Source: Bacteriovoracia bacterium
Lineage (GTDB): Bacteria; Bdellovibrionota; UBA1018; JBFWNL01
Assembly: GCA_050251055.1 (NCBI GenBank)
Contig: JBFWNL010000009.1
Coordinates: 64,001 to 128,000 of the forward strand
Direction of reading: 5' to 3'
Length of the DNA stretch: 64,000 bases
In this document: piece after piece, positions 48,477 through 61,947 of the stretch
How positions within the stretch are numbered: the first letter of the stretch is position 1
Layout: each line of letters opens with the position of its first letter
Translations under genes and position numbers: made by a program
Notes under the pieces: model-generated
The model's input: the letters and a program-made list of their open reading frames with translations, nothing else
Database searches by the model: none
Told to the model about the DNA's origin: nothing

Positions 48477-49442
48477 TTAATACAGGCGGACGACGTCGCC
48501 TTCTTGGAACTGGCCGCCGGTGTGGATGTTCGCCACGGCTGCGTCCTCGCCGATGAAATCAACGACTTCTAGCGTGCCTTTTAATTGGCCTTGCGAGCGG
48601 CCCAGATAAGCACCGGTTTCGGGATCGTAAACGTCATCGCCCTTGGTGAGAACCTTTAGGATATCTCCCCCGACCAAGCCCGAAACGCGGCCCGAGTTGA
48701 GGTAAACCTTCTGCCCCGTGATTTTGGCGATGGCACCCTGCCAGGTCATTTTTTCGATGCCGCGGATCACGTCGTTGGTGAACTGCTTCATCGCCTCGCG
48801 GATGGCGAGCTTGATGAGTTCGGCGCGGTACTCGGGCGTCTGCATGTCGCTGCCTTCCATCGTCACAACGGCGTTATTGGAAGACTCCCCCGCATGGGCC
48901 GAAGCCATCATTTCACGGCCGGCGGCCACGTCAAACATCTTGATCTCGACGTCGGCGGCGGCGAGCGATTGTTTCTGGCGGAACAAACCCACCTCGTCGC
49001 CGCGTTGCCGGAAAAGCACGCGCTTGATGCGACCAATAACCAGCACGGCCACGCCCATGCGACGACCTTCCTGAATCAACTGGGCGACGCGCACCTTATC
49101 TCCCTGGATGAAGTCCGAAGTCTCGAGCTGCGTGCGCAGGTCTTGGGGCAAGATCAGGCGCTCGGTTTGGTGGAGCTCGCGCCGAAGCTCATCGGCCGCG
49201 AAAGTGCCTAACTCCTTGTAGTCGGTGGGCGTGTCGTTCCAAAAATTAAACACCACGATGCGCTTCTTGGGCTGTCCCAGCTGGGCCAGACGCTGCGTGG
49301 GCGGCTGCGGGGCTTCGTCCGCGCGATTGTAATAACTCACCGGCTCGTCGACCACCTCCTGCTTGCGCGCGTATTCCTGGGAGCGCGCGCAACCGGTCGC
49401 CATTAAAATCAAAAACGCCATTCCGATCGACTTTTTCATCAC
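48477..49442 (-). CDS. Lipoprotein, CsgG/FlgT-like
   Basis: Lipobox ATGC; IVVFNF; ADVEIKMFDV..G; C-terminal VYLNSG...G...GD.L.V......DPETG..LG. Confidence 0.65.
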   Translation of the reverse strand: MMKKSIGMAFLILMATGCARSQEYARKQEVVDEPVSYYNRADEAPQPPTQRLAQLGQPKKRIVVFNFWNDTPTDYKELGTFAADELRRELHQTERLILPQDLRTQLETSDFIQGDKVRVAQLIQEGRRMGVAVLVIGRIKRVLFRQRGDEVGLFRQKQSLAAADVEIKMFDVAAGREMMASAHAGESSNNAVVTMEGSDMQTPEYRAELIKLAIREAMKQFTNDVIRGIEKMTWQGAIAKITGQKVYLNSGRVSGLVGGDILKVLTKGDDVYDPETGAYLGRSQGQLKGTLEVVDFIGEDAAVANIHTGGQFQEGDVVRLY

Positions 49443-50074
49443 CTAATCCTCACGCTGAAGGCAAAATCCCCCGAGCTGGAATCGAGCACGGATACGGTCG
49501 AAGCCGCGCTTCCCGGCAACGTCAGGCGTGAAATCACCCCGCGCAGGTCGGCGACCGGCATCGAAGTCTTAATCTCCATCACCACCTGGCCACGCGATAC
49601 CTTTTTTTCAAAAAAGGAAGACCCGTTGGGGAGCTGCTGGCCCAGCATTTCTTTAAAGGCCGCCAAATGCTTGTAAGACTTCAACTCCGCGATTTCGAAG
49701 TAAAGCGCCTGCGTACCCCCTGTGGTTTCCGGAGCCGTCGCCACATCGGTCGTCGCGCCCCCCATCAGATTCTGCTGGGTATCGCCAATCGCCGTGGAAA
49801 GGCCCGTTTCGGGAATCACCTGGGGAGAGGCCGCCGTCTTCGGCCGGGCGGCGGGCCTCACTCGCTTTCCCTCGGTACCCAGGGTCGGGACAGGGACCTT
49901 CTGGCCGGGGGCACCACTCTCCGCGGCCGCAGCCTCGTCGGACGGCGGCGCCTCATCCGAATAATCAGCTTCGCTGGACGACGGGGGTTCCGCGTACGCG
50001 ACGATGGCGATCAATATCAGGAGACATAACCCGGCGTGGATAGTCGATAGAACAGCCCTGTTCATCTCCATCAT
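49439..50074 (-). CDS. Exported hypothetical protein
   Basis: N-terminal hydrophobic helix, low-complexity linker; in operon between dnaE and the lipoprotein. Confidence 0.6.
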   Translation of the reverse strand: MMEMNRAVLSTIHAGLCLLILIAIVAYAEPPSSSEADYSDEAPPSDEAAAAESGAPGQKVPVPTLGTEGKRVRPAARPKTAASPQVIPETGLSTAIGDTQQNLMGGATTDVATAPETTGGTQALYFEIAELKSYKHLAAFKEMLGQQLPNGSSFFEKKVSRGQVVMEIKTSMPVADLRGVISRLTLPGSAASTVSVLDSSSGDFAFSVRIR

Positions 50075-50098
50075 CTTAACCGGAAAAAACCAGAATGG

Positions 50099-53000
50099 CT
50101 ACTCGCGGAGGCTGACGACGGAGGCGCCGAAGATCTTATTGACGGCCGCGACCATGGCCGGCGAGGTGGCGACTTTCAGGTCTCCCGGCAAATCCAGCCG
50201 GGTGCGGAATTTCCGACCGGACGACTCGCCGGCGAATTCGATGGCGACCGGACACTTGCCCCGGTGCTCGATGAGGTGTTTTTTCAATTCGCGCAGCTGC
50301 TCGACGCTGATACCGGTGGAGTTAAGGCTCACGATCACGCGCGAGAACTTGCCCTGCTGGTTATCGTTGAGGACTTCGGAGGCCTTCTCGATCGCTTTCG
50401 CCAGAATCTTGACGGTGCCATCGCGATACTCGAGCTCGCCAGTAATGATCACGGGCTCGGCCTCGCCCAAGGCCAGCTTCAGCTTATCGGCCAAACTCGC
50501 GTAGGCATCGGGAAAGAAGATGATCTCAACCTTCCCTTTTAGGTCTTCGAGCTGGGCAAACGCCATGCGGGTGCCCTTCTTCGTGGTGATCTCCTTGCTC
50601 TCGGTCATAAGACCCGCAATACGGATTTCCTTCCGCTGTGGCCGCTGAAAACCGCCCTTCCCGAAAGTCGGCGTGGAGGCCGGGGCCTGCGGCTGCAAGG
50701 CCTTTTGCTCGCCCCAGGCCTGAAGCTTCTCGGTGCTCCAACCCAGCCACTCCTCGCAAATGGTTTGCCAGTGATCCATCGGGTGGCCGGACACGTAGAA
50801 GCCGACGACCTGCTTTTCGTTCAAAAGCTTCTTAGCGAGCGGCCAGTCGGGCTCTTGTTTGAAGATGAGCGAAGTAGGCTGCACGAGCTTGATATCTTCG
50901 GCGTTGAAGGAGTCAAAGAGCGAGGACTGCCCCAGCTCACGCTCCGCCTGCTCGTCGGCCGCCGTCTCCAGCAGCCCTTCCAGAGATGAAAAGAGGCTCG
51001 CGCGATTGACCGGGCTGATGCGATCGAGCGCGCCCGAAAGCGTCAATGCTTCCAGAACCTTCTTGTTGACCTTACGGACTTCCACGCGTTTGCAGAAATC
51101 GGCCACGTCTTTAAAATCTTTTGTCGTGCGCGCGTTAAGGATGGAGTCAACGGCGATGCCGCCCACGCCCTTGATGGCTTCCAAACCAAAGCGGATCGCT
51201 TTTATCGGTTTGCCCGTGCCGCGCAGAGCCTTGGGATACTCATCGTGATCGGGCGTGAGCACTTCCACGCTGAAATGCTTTTTCGAGCGGTTCACGTCCG
51301 GCGGCAGGATCGGAATCTGGTGCGCGCGCGCGTCGGAGATGTACTTCGTGATCTTGTCCGTGCTGTTGAGTTCGGTTGTCATCAGCGCGGCCATGAATTC
51401 CGCGGGATAGTACGTTTTCAGGTACGCCGTCTGGTACGTCAGGACCGCGTAGGCGGCCGAGTGGGACTTGTTAAAGCCGTATTCGGCGAACTTCGCCATC
51501 AAGTCGAAGATCGTTTCGGCCTTCTTTTGGTCGAACTTACGCTCAATCGCGCCCTTAACGAACATGTCGCGATGCTTGGCCATCTCGTCGGCCTTCTTCT
51601 TGCCCATCGCGCGACGGAGCATATCGGCTTGCCCTAGCGAGTAGCCCGCCATCTCGCGGGCGATCTGCATCACCTGTTCTTGATACAGGATCACCCCGTA
51701 CGTATCTTTTAAGATGGGCGCGAGTTCCGGCACTTCATAGACGATTTGCTTGCGCCCGTGCTTGCAGTCGATGAAGTCATCCACCATGCCCGACCCCAGC
51801 GGGCCCGGGCGGAAGAGCGCGTTGATCGCGGTGAGATCTTCGACCGAGTTGGGCTGCAGCCGGGCGCAAAGGTCCTTCATGCCCGAGCTTTCGACCTGGA
51901 ACACGCCGTCGGTATCGGCCGCGGAAATCAGCTCGTATACTTTGGGGTCCCGGTAATTAATCCGCTCGAGCCTTACTTCCACGGCCGGCTCCGCCGGAGC
52001 CGAAACTTCGCGTACCAGCCGAATCGCATTGTCGATCACGGTCAGGGTCTTGAGTCCCAAGAAGTCGAACTTCACCAGACCGATCTTTTCGGCAAAATCT
52101 TTATCGAACTGACAGACGGGCGCGCCTTCCGAGCCCATATACAGCGGGCAATAGCTGACGACCGGCTTTTCGGTGATGATCACGCCGGCGGCGTGCACGC
52201 CCGCGTTGCGCGATAAGCCTTCGAGCGCCAACGCGTACTCCATGACTTTAGCGAGCTTGGCGTCCGCGTTCATGCGATCGCGCAGCAGCGGTTCCTTTTC
52301 AATGGCATCGGTGAGCTTGATATTCAGCTCGTCCGGCAGAAGCTTCGTGATCTGGTCGGATTCTGCGAAAGTCAATCCCAGCACACGCGCGACGTCCTTG
52401 ATGACCGCGCGGGCCTGCAGCTTACCGAACGTGATGATCTGGCAAACGTTCTGGGCGCCGTACTTGCGATTCACGTAATCGATGACTTCCCCGCGGCGGT
52501 CCTGGCAGAAGTCGACGTCGAAGTCGGGCAAGCTGATACGCTCGGGATTGATGAACCGCTCGAAAAGCAGGTTGAACTCGATGGGATCGATATCCGTGAT
52601 GAAAAGCGAATAAGCGACGAGCGAGCCCGCGCCCGATCCGCGGCCCGGCCCCACCGGAATCTGGTTCTTTTTTGCGTAACCAATGAAATCCGCGACGATG
52701 AGGAAGTAACCGGCGAATCCCGTGCGCTGGATCATCTCGACTTCGTCTTTGAGTCGCTTGCGGTAAATCTTCTCTTTTTCGGCCCAATCGGTGGCTTTTT
52801 TCTTCTCGAGAAACTGCGGCTCCAACAGCCGTGCTTCCAAACCCTTCAGGGACTCCTCGGCGAAGTACTTGCCGATGTCGAAGGCCTTGTCTTCCGCACT
52901 GCCCGGCACGATCCCATCGGGACGGAAACTGGGCAGGTGGTAAATCGGCCGACCTTCGGCATCTTTAAACTTGAACTTGAGATCGCACTTCTCGGCGATC

Positions 53001-53887
53001 TCCAGCGACGCTTCGCAAACGCCAGGAAAACGCTCAAAACGCGCGTGCATCTCGGCCGCGCTCTTCACGTGGTACTCACTCGGCACCAGGCTTTTCGGCC
53101 GATCGAAGTCGAGGTTGCGCCCATTCATGATGCACTGAAGGACCTCGTGCGCTTCGGCGTCCTCGGGATTCAGGTAGTGGCAATCGTTCGTGGCGACGCA
53201 GGCGATGCCGAACTTCTTACCGAAGTGATAAAGGATGTCGTTCGTCTGCGTCTGCTCAGGCAACCCGTTGTCTTGCAGTTCGAGATAAAAATCCGCGCCG
53301 AAACGCTGCTTGAACCACTTGACGATTTTTTCTGCGCCCTCTTCGTCCCCCTGCAGGATCTTGTAAGCGAGCTCCCCGCGTAGGCAGCCCGAGAGCACGA
53401 CCAAGCCGTCGCCGAACTGATCGAGCAGCTTTTGACTGACGAGCGGAAGCGGCGCCTTCTGCCCCTTTTTGGGCGGAGGCATGTCCGTGTACGCATGCGT
53501 AACGAGTTGGCAAAGATTTTGGTATCCCGCCTGATCCTTGCAAAGCAGCACGAGGTGGTGGAATCGCGGCTTCAAGCGGTCCGCTGGCGAAAGCGCGGCC
53601 GCTTCTCCCCCGAAATGGCCTTCGGCATGATAGAGAACTTCGCAACCAATGATGGCCTTGATGCCGTATTCTTTGGCGGTGAAATAGAAATCGATCGCGC
53701 CGAAGAGGTTATTCGTGTCGGTAATGGCGACCGCCGGCATGCCGAGCGATTTCACTTTTTCGAATAGTGGCTTTACGCGAATTGCGCCCTGGAGCAGGCT
53801 ATACTGCGTGTGCATGTGCAGGTGCACGAAACCGGGGCCAGGTGTGGCCGGTGCAGTATGAGCTGAAGATTCCTTAGGCTTTTCCAT
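50099..53887 (-). CDS. dnaE: DNA polymerase III alpha subunit
   Basis: PHP HLHMHTQYSLL, GPGRGSGAGS, PDFDVDF, KFDFLGL, YGFNKSH, C-terminal OB fold. Confidence 0.98.
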   Translation of the reverse strand: MEKPKESSAHTAPATPGPGFVHLHMHTQYSLLQGAIRVKPLFEKVKSLGMPAVAITDTNNLFGAIDFYFTAKEYGIKAIIGCEVLYHAEGHFGGEAAALSPADRLKPRFHHLVLLCKDQAGYQNLCQLVTHAYTDMPPPKKGQKAPLPLVSQKLLDQFGDGLVVLSGCLRGELAYKILQGDEEGAEKIVKWFKQRFGADFYLELQDNGLPEQTQTNDILYHFGKKFGIACVATNDCHYLNPEDAEAHEVLQCIMNGRNLDFDRPKSLVPSEYHVKSAAEMHARFERFPGVCEASLEIAEKCDLKFKFKDAEGRPIYHLPSFRPDGIVPGSAEDKAFDIGKYFAEESLKGLEARLLEPQFLEKKKATDWAEKEKIYRKRLKDEVEMIQRTGFAGYFLIVADFIGYAKKNQIPVGPGRGSGAGSLVAYSLFITDIDPIEFNLLFERFINPERISLPDFDVDFCQDRRGEVIDYVNRKYGAQNVCQIITFGKLQARAVIKDVARVLGLTFAESDQITKLLPDELNIKLTDAIEKEPLLRDRMNADAKLAKVMEYALALEGLSRNAGVHAAGVIITEKPVVSYCPLYMGSEGAPVCQFDKDFAEKIGLVKFDFLGLKTLTVIDNAIRLVREVSAPAEPAVEVRLERINYRDPKVYELISAADTDGVFQVESSGMKDLCARLQPNSVEDLTAINALFRPGPLGSGMVDDFIDCKHGRKQIVYEVPELAPILKDTYGVILYQEQVMQIAREMAGYSLGQADMLRRAMGKKKADEMAKHRDMFVKGAIERKFDQKKAETIFDLMAKFAEYGFNKSHSAAYAVLTYQTAYLKTYYPAEFMAALMTTELNSTDKITKYISDARAHQIPILPPDVNRSKKHFSVEVLTPDHDEYPKALRGTGKPIKAIRFGLEAIKGVGGIAVDSILNARTTKDFKDVADFCKRVEVRKVNKKVLEALTLSGALDRISPVNRASLFSSLEGLLETAADEQAERELGQSSLFDSFNAEDIKLVQPTSLIFKQEPDWPLAKKLLNEKQVVGFYVSGHPMDHWQTICEEWLGWSTEKLQAWGEQKALQPQAPASTPTFGKGGFQRPQRKEIRIAGLMTESKEITTKKGTRMAFAQLEDLKGKVEIIFFPDAYASLADKLKLALGEAEPVIITGELEYRDGTVKILAKAIEKASEVLNDNQQGKFSRVIVSLNSTGISVEQLRELKKHLIEHRGKCPVAIEFAGESSGRKFRTRLDLPGDLKVATSPAMVAAVNKIFGASVVSLRE

Positions 53888-54007
53888 TTATTGGCGTGCG
53901 GTTCCCGTGAATGCTTGCCCTGCTTCTATGAAACCCGACTCGGAATGTCTATACGAAGCGCGCAATTTGACACGAGGCAACACAAACTTGTAAGCTGGGG
54001 TGAAAAT

Positions 54008-54715
54008 CTAGTCTTTGGAACCCGAAACAATCGCCATATGCGGCGCATGAAGGAGGCCGATATGCCGCTTCTGGCCGGCAATCTGACCCCATTCGTAGAC
54101 TAAGTACTTTTCGCCAGGGAGCGGCACGGCGTCTCCCTCGGGGATGTAAACCACGATCTGCTTGCCTTTTTGGATCTCCACGCCCACGCCCTGTAGGCAG
54201 TACATCCAGGTGAAATCGTCGGCGCGGGTCAACGCGGGATTCGTCACCGTGCCCTGAAAGGCGGGCTTCTGTTTTTCCAGCACTCGCCTCGCCTTCCGGT
54301 ATTGGATGCCCAGTTGGTCCATCGCGAAGAAAAAATAGGCCAGCACCCACAACAGGGGGGACAGGGCTAGCGCCGAGGTTTTGGCTAAGTCCTCCCAATG
54401 CTGCACGCAGGTACGCTTCTGAAAGTCGTTCACGGCTCCGCCAAAGATACAGACGGCGGGGGGCAGAAAAACGAGTTTCAGAAAACGCCCATAGGTTTGC
54501 GCGACTTTCATGGGCGGAGAAACCCGCACGGGTTCCGCCGGCACGAGCGAGGGAATCGCTTCGTCACGTTTCGTTTCTCGGATGACTTGGAAGGCGGGAA
54601 GGTCGGCGAGGAACCCCACGAGAAAAACACCGACGAGGGCGGCGGCGACGCCATTTTTCCAGCGCCGCCGCGCCAATTCAAGTTTGGGGATTCTGCGGAA
54701 AGGAAGATTCGACAA
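54008..54715 (-). CDS. Hypothetical membrane protein
   Basis: Hydrophobic helices; abuts the upstream gene. Confidence 0.6.
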   Translation of the reverse strand: MSNLPFRRIPKLELARRRWKNGVAAALVGVFLVGFLADLPAFQVIRETKRDEAIPSLVPAEPVRVSPPMKVAQTYGRFLKLVFLPPAVCIFGGAVNDFQKRTCVQHWEDLAKTSALALSPLLWVLAYFFFAMDQLGIQYRKARRVLEKQKPAFQGTVTNPALTRADDFTWMYCLQGVGVEIQKGKQIVVYIPEGDAVPLPGEKYLVYEWGQIAGQKRHIGLLHAPHMAIVSGSKD

Positions 54716-55372
54716 TCAGAACCAGTCGAAGAACCAGCCCAGGCTCATGTAGGGCAAGCCACCCAGGCCTGCCTGAAGTCCTTTGATGTAGCCCAAGCCG
54801 AAGTTCAAGCCGTACTCGGTTTGCCAATCAATCCCGAAGCTCACGCTCATCGTGTTACCCGAGGCCGAAAAACCGCCGATATCCAGCCCGCTCGTGTTTC
54901 CGGTCAAAGTCAATGTCGCGATGCTGTACCCAAATCCCACCACCGGCGTAAAATTCCACCCCGGCACCATCGCCTTCACGCCAAATCCGATGGTTTTGAG
55001 CGAAATACTGGCGTTGCCACTCGTGGTGCTCGCCATGCCGTAGCCGGCGTGGAAGCGGAAAACGTCGATAACGTTATAGCCCAAGTTAAAACCGTAAAGC
55101 GCTGGGAACGGCTCGCCCAACAGGCTGGCGTAAATGCCGAAGCGCTTGGAGTTACGCGCGCTGCCCCCCAGGGATTCGGCCGGAATCTCCACGGGCGGAA
55201 CCGAAGCCGGCGTGGCCACGACGGGCGCTTCCGGAGCCGACGGCGTCGCCGGTGCTTCCGTGGTTGTGGGTTTGGTGATGCGTGAAGACTTCGCCTTCTT
55301 TTCCGCGGCGCTAACCGAGATCGCGGCCCCCATGGCGAACAGCACAACTAAAACTCGAAGAAACTTGGTCAT
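54716..55372 (-). CDS. Outer-membrane beta-barrel protein
   Basis: Signal peptide from ATG 55372; Pro/Ala linker; amphipathic strands; aromatic C-terminus LGWFFDWF. Confidence 0.65.
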   Translation of the reverse strand: MTKFLRVLVVLFAMGAAISVSAAEKKAKSSRITKPTTTEAPATPSAPEAPVVATPASVPPVEIPAESLGGSARNSKRFGIYASLLGEPFPALYGFNLGYNVIDVFRFHAGYGMASTTSGNASISLKTIGFGVKAMVPGWNFTPVVGFGYSIATLTLTGNTSGLDIGGFSASGNTMSVSFGIDWQTEYGLNFGLGYIKGLQAGLGGLPYMSLGWFFDWF

Positions 55373-55463
55373 ACCCTTATCCCCCTGATTTTTAATGAAG
55401 AGAGTATGATTATTGGCGGGTTTAACAACCGCGTCAACGGGAAACCCGCCCGCGCCGGCAGGG

Positions 55464-58543
<3,080 letters not shown>

Positions 58544-59131
58544 TCATCCTCCTTCAAAGGGTTCTTCGACAAACGGGTCTTCCAAATCCTGCTCGCGGTT
58601 ACCCAATAGCACCGGACCGCGGACATAACTTTTATAAGCCTGCGAGTCGCGTACGTAGTTGTCCGCGCTGCGCTTCAGGAATTCGCGCTCATCCGACGTA
58701 AGCTCGCGCGTGGCCTTCGCCGGCGATCCTAGGATCAGGCTACCGGGCGGGAACTTCTTTCCCTTGGGCACGAGGGCCCCGGCGGCGACGATGCTATCGT
58801 CGCCGATCTCGACATCATCCATCACGATCGCCCCCATCCCAATCAGCACGCGATGGCCAATCCGGCAGCCGTGTAGGAGCGCGCGGTGACCCACCGTCAC
58901 GTCGTCGCCGATAACGGTGGCGCTGACCTGACGGGTCACGTGGATGGTCGAGGAATCCTGAATGTTGGTGCGGGCGCCAATGCGGATGGAGTTCACGTCT
59001 CCGCGCACGACGCATTGAAACCAGATACTGGAATTTTCTCCGATCTCCACCTCGCCGATAATGTCCGCGGAAGGCGCCACGAAAGCCGTTTCGTGGATCC
59101 GGGGCCACTTATCGTGATGAGGAATGATCAT
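58544..59131 (-). CDS. Gamma carbonic anhydrase family protein
   Basis: Hexapeptide repeats; RGDVN, NIQD...IH, GH..LHGC. Confidence 0.92.
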   Translation of the reverse strand: MIIPHHDKWPRIHETAFVAPSADIIGEVEIGENSSIWFQCVVRGDVNSIRIGARTNIQDSSTIHVTRQVSATVIGDDVTVGHRALLHGCRIGHRVLIGMGAIVMDDVEIGDDSIVAAGALVPKGKKFPPGSLILGSPAKATRELTSDEREFLKRSADNYVRDSQAYKSYVRGPVLLGNREQDLEDPFVEEPFEGG

Positions 59132-60726
59132 TCCGGAATCTCCAGTGCGAGCTCACCGTAGAGGGCCAGGCTCGTAGCCTCGGTAATCTTCACGTTCACG
59201 AGCTGACCGTTCAGGGCGCGCGTCATTTGATCCGGTGTCCGACCGAGGACTTGCCCTGGAGACGCGATAAAGTTCACGATCCGATTGCAGGTCGTGCGGC
59301 CCGTGAAAACGCGGGCGGCGGTCGCCGAGTTCATGGACGGGTGCGCCGATCCCGAATCGCCGGGCACGCCCAAGCTGCTGGCTTCGCTGATGGCCGCCTT
59401 CGCGGCTTCCCGCTCGGCCATGAGTTGGTTTTTCGCCTCGCCTTCGACCAGCACTTCCATCGTCTGGCCGACCTTCGCGGCGTAACGCTTGGCGGAGATC
59501 CCGAGCTGGTAATCCAGCAGATAATTCAGCCGATCGGCCTTCACTTTCTTCGGAACGTCGTCTTCCATCTTCGCCGCCTTGGTTCCAGGGCGCGGGGAAT
59601 AGGCGAACGCGAAAATCATGTCGTACTGGATCGCGTCGAGCAGCTTTATGGTTTCTTGGAATTCTTCGTCCGTTTCCGTGGGGAATCCGACGATGAGATC
59701 CGTCGAAATGCCGACCAGCGGATTGAGTTCCTTCAAGCGACGCATTTGGGCGATGTAGTCTTCGATTTTGTGGTGCCGGGACATTTTCTGCAAGACCCGA
59801 TTGCTACCGCTTTGGACCGGCAGGTGTAAATGTTGCGCAAGCTTCGCCACCCCACCCTGGTCGGCCGGAGCGTAGCACTCGATTAACTGATCACTGAAGT
59901 CCAGTGGATGGCTCGACGTGAAGCGAATACGCTTAAGCTTCGCGCAACGCGGATCGGAATCGAGCGCGCGCAGCAGCTGCGGGAAGTTCTCCTCGCCCTC
60001 GCGCGGACCAACCTTGCCGATGCGGTTGCTGAGTTCGCGCGGCTCGCGGGCATAAGCATTCGGATTGCCCTTTCCGAAGGAGTTCACATTCTGACCAAGC
60101 AACGTCACTTCCGTCACGCCCTTTTCCACGAGCGCCGCCACGTCGTCGACCACTTCGTCGATGGTGCGCGATTTCTCACGGCCCCGCGTAAAAGGTACAA
60201 TGCAGTAGCTGCAGTACTTGTCGCAGCCCTTCATAATATTGACGAATGCTTGGGCCTTCTCGCCTACGACTTTCGTGCGCGTCGAATACTTCATCGACTT
60301 GTCGAAGTCGGCGAATACCGCGTGGCGCTTCCCGTGATCGACTTGATGGAGGATTTCCGGCAGCTCGTCGATCGCATCCGGGCCAAACACGAAGTCGAGA
60401 TAAGGCGCGCGGTTGAAAAGCTGGTCTTTGGTAAGCTGCCCCACGCAGCCACCCAACCCGATGAGCGGGCCGCGGCCGTTGTTCTTTAAGATTTGGAATC
60501 GCCCGAGGGCGGACACCGCCTTGTGTACGGCCTTCTCACGCACGCTACAGCCGTTGACGAGGATTACGTCGGCGCGATCGGCGCTCGGAGCGGGGGTCAT
60601 GCCCGTTTCCGAGAGCAGCGCTTCCATTCGCTCCGTGTCGGCGACGTTCATCTGGCAACCAAAGGTTTGGATGAAGTATTTGCGCCCCGCGGGTGGCGTT
60701 TGCTGAGTTACTTCCATAGGTTGCAC
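59128..60726 (-). CDS. miaB: tRNA-i6A37 methylthiotransferase
   Basis: TFGCQMN, CSVREKA, CDKYCSYC radical SAM motif, HLPVQSGS, TRAM domain. Confidence 0.95.
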   Translation of the reverse strand: MQPMEVTQQTPPAGRKYFIQTFGCQMNVADTERMEALLSETGMTPAPSADRADVILVNGCSVREKAVHKAVSALGRFQILKNNGRGPLIGLGGCVGQLTKDQLFNRAPYLDFVFGPDAIDELPEILHQVDHGKRHAVFADFDKSMKYSTRTKVVGEKAQAFVNIMKGCDKYCSYCIVPFTRGREKSRTIDEVVDDVAALVEKGVTEVTLLGQNVNSFGKGNPNAYAREPRELSNRIGKVGPREGEENFPQLLRALDSDPRCAKLKRIRFTSSHPLDFSDQLIECYAPADQGGVAKLAQHLHLPVQSGSNRVLQKMSRHHKIEDYIAQMRRLKELNPLVGISTDLIVGFPTETDEEFQETIKLLDAIQYDMIFAFAYSPRPGTKAAKMEDDVPKKVKADRLNYLLDYQLGISAKRYAAKVGQTMEVLVEGEAKNQLMAEREAAKAAISEASSLGVPGDSGSAHPSMNSATAARVFTGRTTCNRIVNFIASPGQVLGRTPDQMTRALNGQLVNVKITEATSLALYGELALEIPE

Positions 60727-60806
60727 CTTGGGATACCATAGAATCCGAACAAACCCTTATTTAAAATTTAATAGTAATTTCAGATAGATAAAGTATCCTG
60801 AGACTT

Positions 60807-61370
60807 GTGGCAAACGTCCTTTACCACTTCCCTGCCCGGGCCGGGCACGGAGCCCAGAAAGTCCCCCACCTGCTCTTCGGAGGAATCACGTGCTTTCTCC
60901 TCGCCATCGCTTGGATCAGCGCGCAATTTCGGCCGATCGCCGTCCCGCTCGGCACCGTCCTACCCGTATGGCTGACCTTCTGGCTTAGGGGGAGCCCCCG
61001 GTGGACGCGCTATCAAATTCGACCGGACGGGTTATTTGTGGGTCGCTACTTCTACCGCACGCTGATCCCCTACGGCGAGATTCGGAGTGTGGACATCCAA
61101 TCGGGGCCGGAAGTTTTGGCCGAACTCCGAGCGAAGACCCCGTCCGAATCACCTTCTCCGCTTCAGCTGCGGCGAGCCTTGAACGCGACGTTACGTTACT
61201 CGTCCGTTCCCCAAAGTTATCGCCATGCGCACTCGCGTGTTACCGGACTCCACCTCGCCGGGGATTTCGTAAAGTTGGAGCTCATGAACGGCAAAACGCT
61301 TCACCTCAGTCCGCTGGATTGCGATGGCCTGATGGGCCAGGTGCGAGAGATGATGACGACGGTGGGATAA
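60807..61370 (+). CDS. Membrane protein with a PH-like domain
   Basis: Two TM helices, then Y.I...GL.V......IPY.EI..V and LSP.D. Confidence 0.55.
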   Translation: MANVLYHFPARAGHGAQKVPHLLFGGITCFLLAIAWISAQFRPIAVPLGTVLPVWLTFWLRGSPRWTRYQIRPDGLFVGRYFYRTLIPYGEIRSVDIQSGPEVLAELRAKTPSESPSPLQLRRALNATLRYSSVPQSYRHAHSRVTGLHLAGDFVKLELMNGKTLHLSPLDCDGLMGQVREMMTTVG

Positions 61371-61462
61371 GATTGAATAAGGGGCGAGACAACTTGGACT
61401 TCCAGCGTATCCGCGATTTCCCAACCATTGCCGAACGGGGGAACTTGGGCTACTCAAGGAAT

Positions 61463-61672
61463 ATGGCACCGAAGGGAAAAGCCCCCCTCTTAAAACTCTG
61501 CTACACTGCCCTGGCCGCGGTCAGTTTCGCGGTGGGGGCCTCTTCGGTCGTCACCGGACAATGGGAAACCATGCTCTATGCGGGCGGATTCCTGCTCGTG
61601 CTGTCGCTCCTCGCCCTAGGCCAAGCCGCCCTTCAAGGCTGCCGCAAATTCTTCGCGCGCGGCTCGACGTGA
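61463..61672 (+). CDS. Small membrane protein
   Basis: AAGGA RBS before ATG 61463; two hydrophobic helices. Confidence 0.5.
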   Translation: MAPKGKAPLLKLCYTALAAVSFAVGASSVVTGQWETMLYAGGFLLVLSLLALGQAALQGCRKFFARGST

Positions 61673-61947
61673 TTCCCGTGCCTTCTCGCCTCCGCCTCGC
61701 CTTGATCGCATTCACGCTCCACGCACCAGGATTGATCCACTTCGCGAAGTACCGCCTCCGCCGCCAGACGCGCGCGCTTAACCTGGTGTTTCTAGGGGCT
61801 ACACTTTTCGCGATGAGTTTTGTGGCGCCGGAGGAAGGCGGAGCCGGCATCTTGCGGGTCTGGCTAATTGGGCATTTCGCCTGGAGCGTCTTTTTGGCGG
61901 TGCTGGTTTATCGGGGAATAGGCGGCGTACCCGGCGCTAAAGCTTAA
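61669..61947 (+). CDS. Small membrane protein
   Basis: GTGA overlap with the upstream stop; three hydrophobic segments. Confidence 0.45.
   Translation: MIPVPSRLRLALIAFTLHAPGLIHFAKYRLRRQTRALNLVFLGATLFAMSFVAPEEGGAGILRVWLIGHFAWSVFLAVLVYRGIGGVPGAKA

Noticed and set aside
50099-53887. Intein or split in dnaE
   Set aside because: Motifs are continuous with only short insertions; no splice-junction or LAGLIDADG signatures
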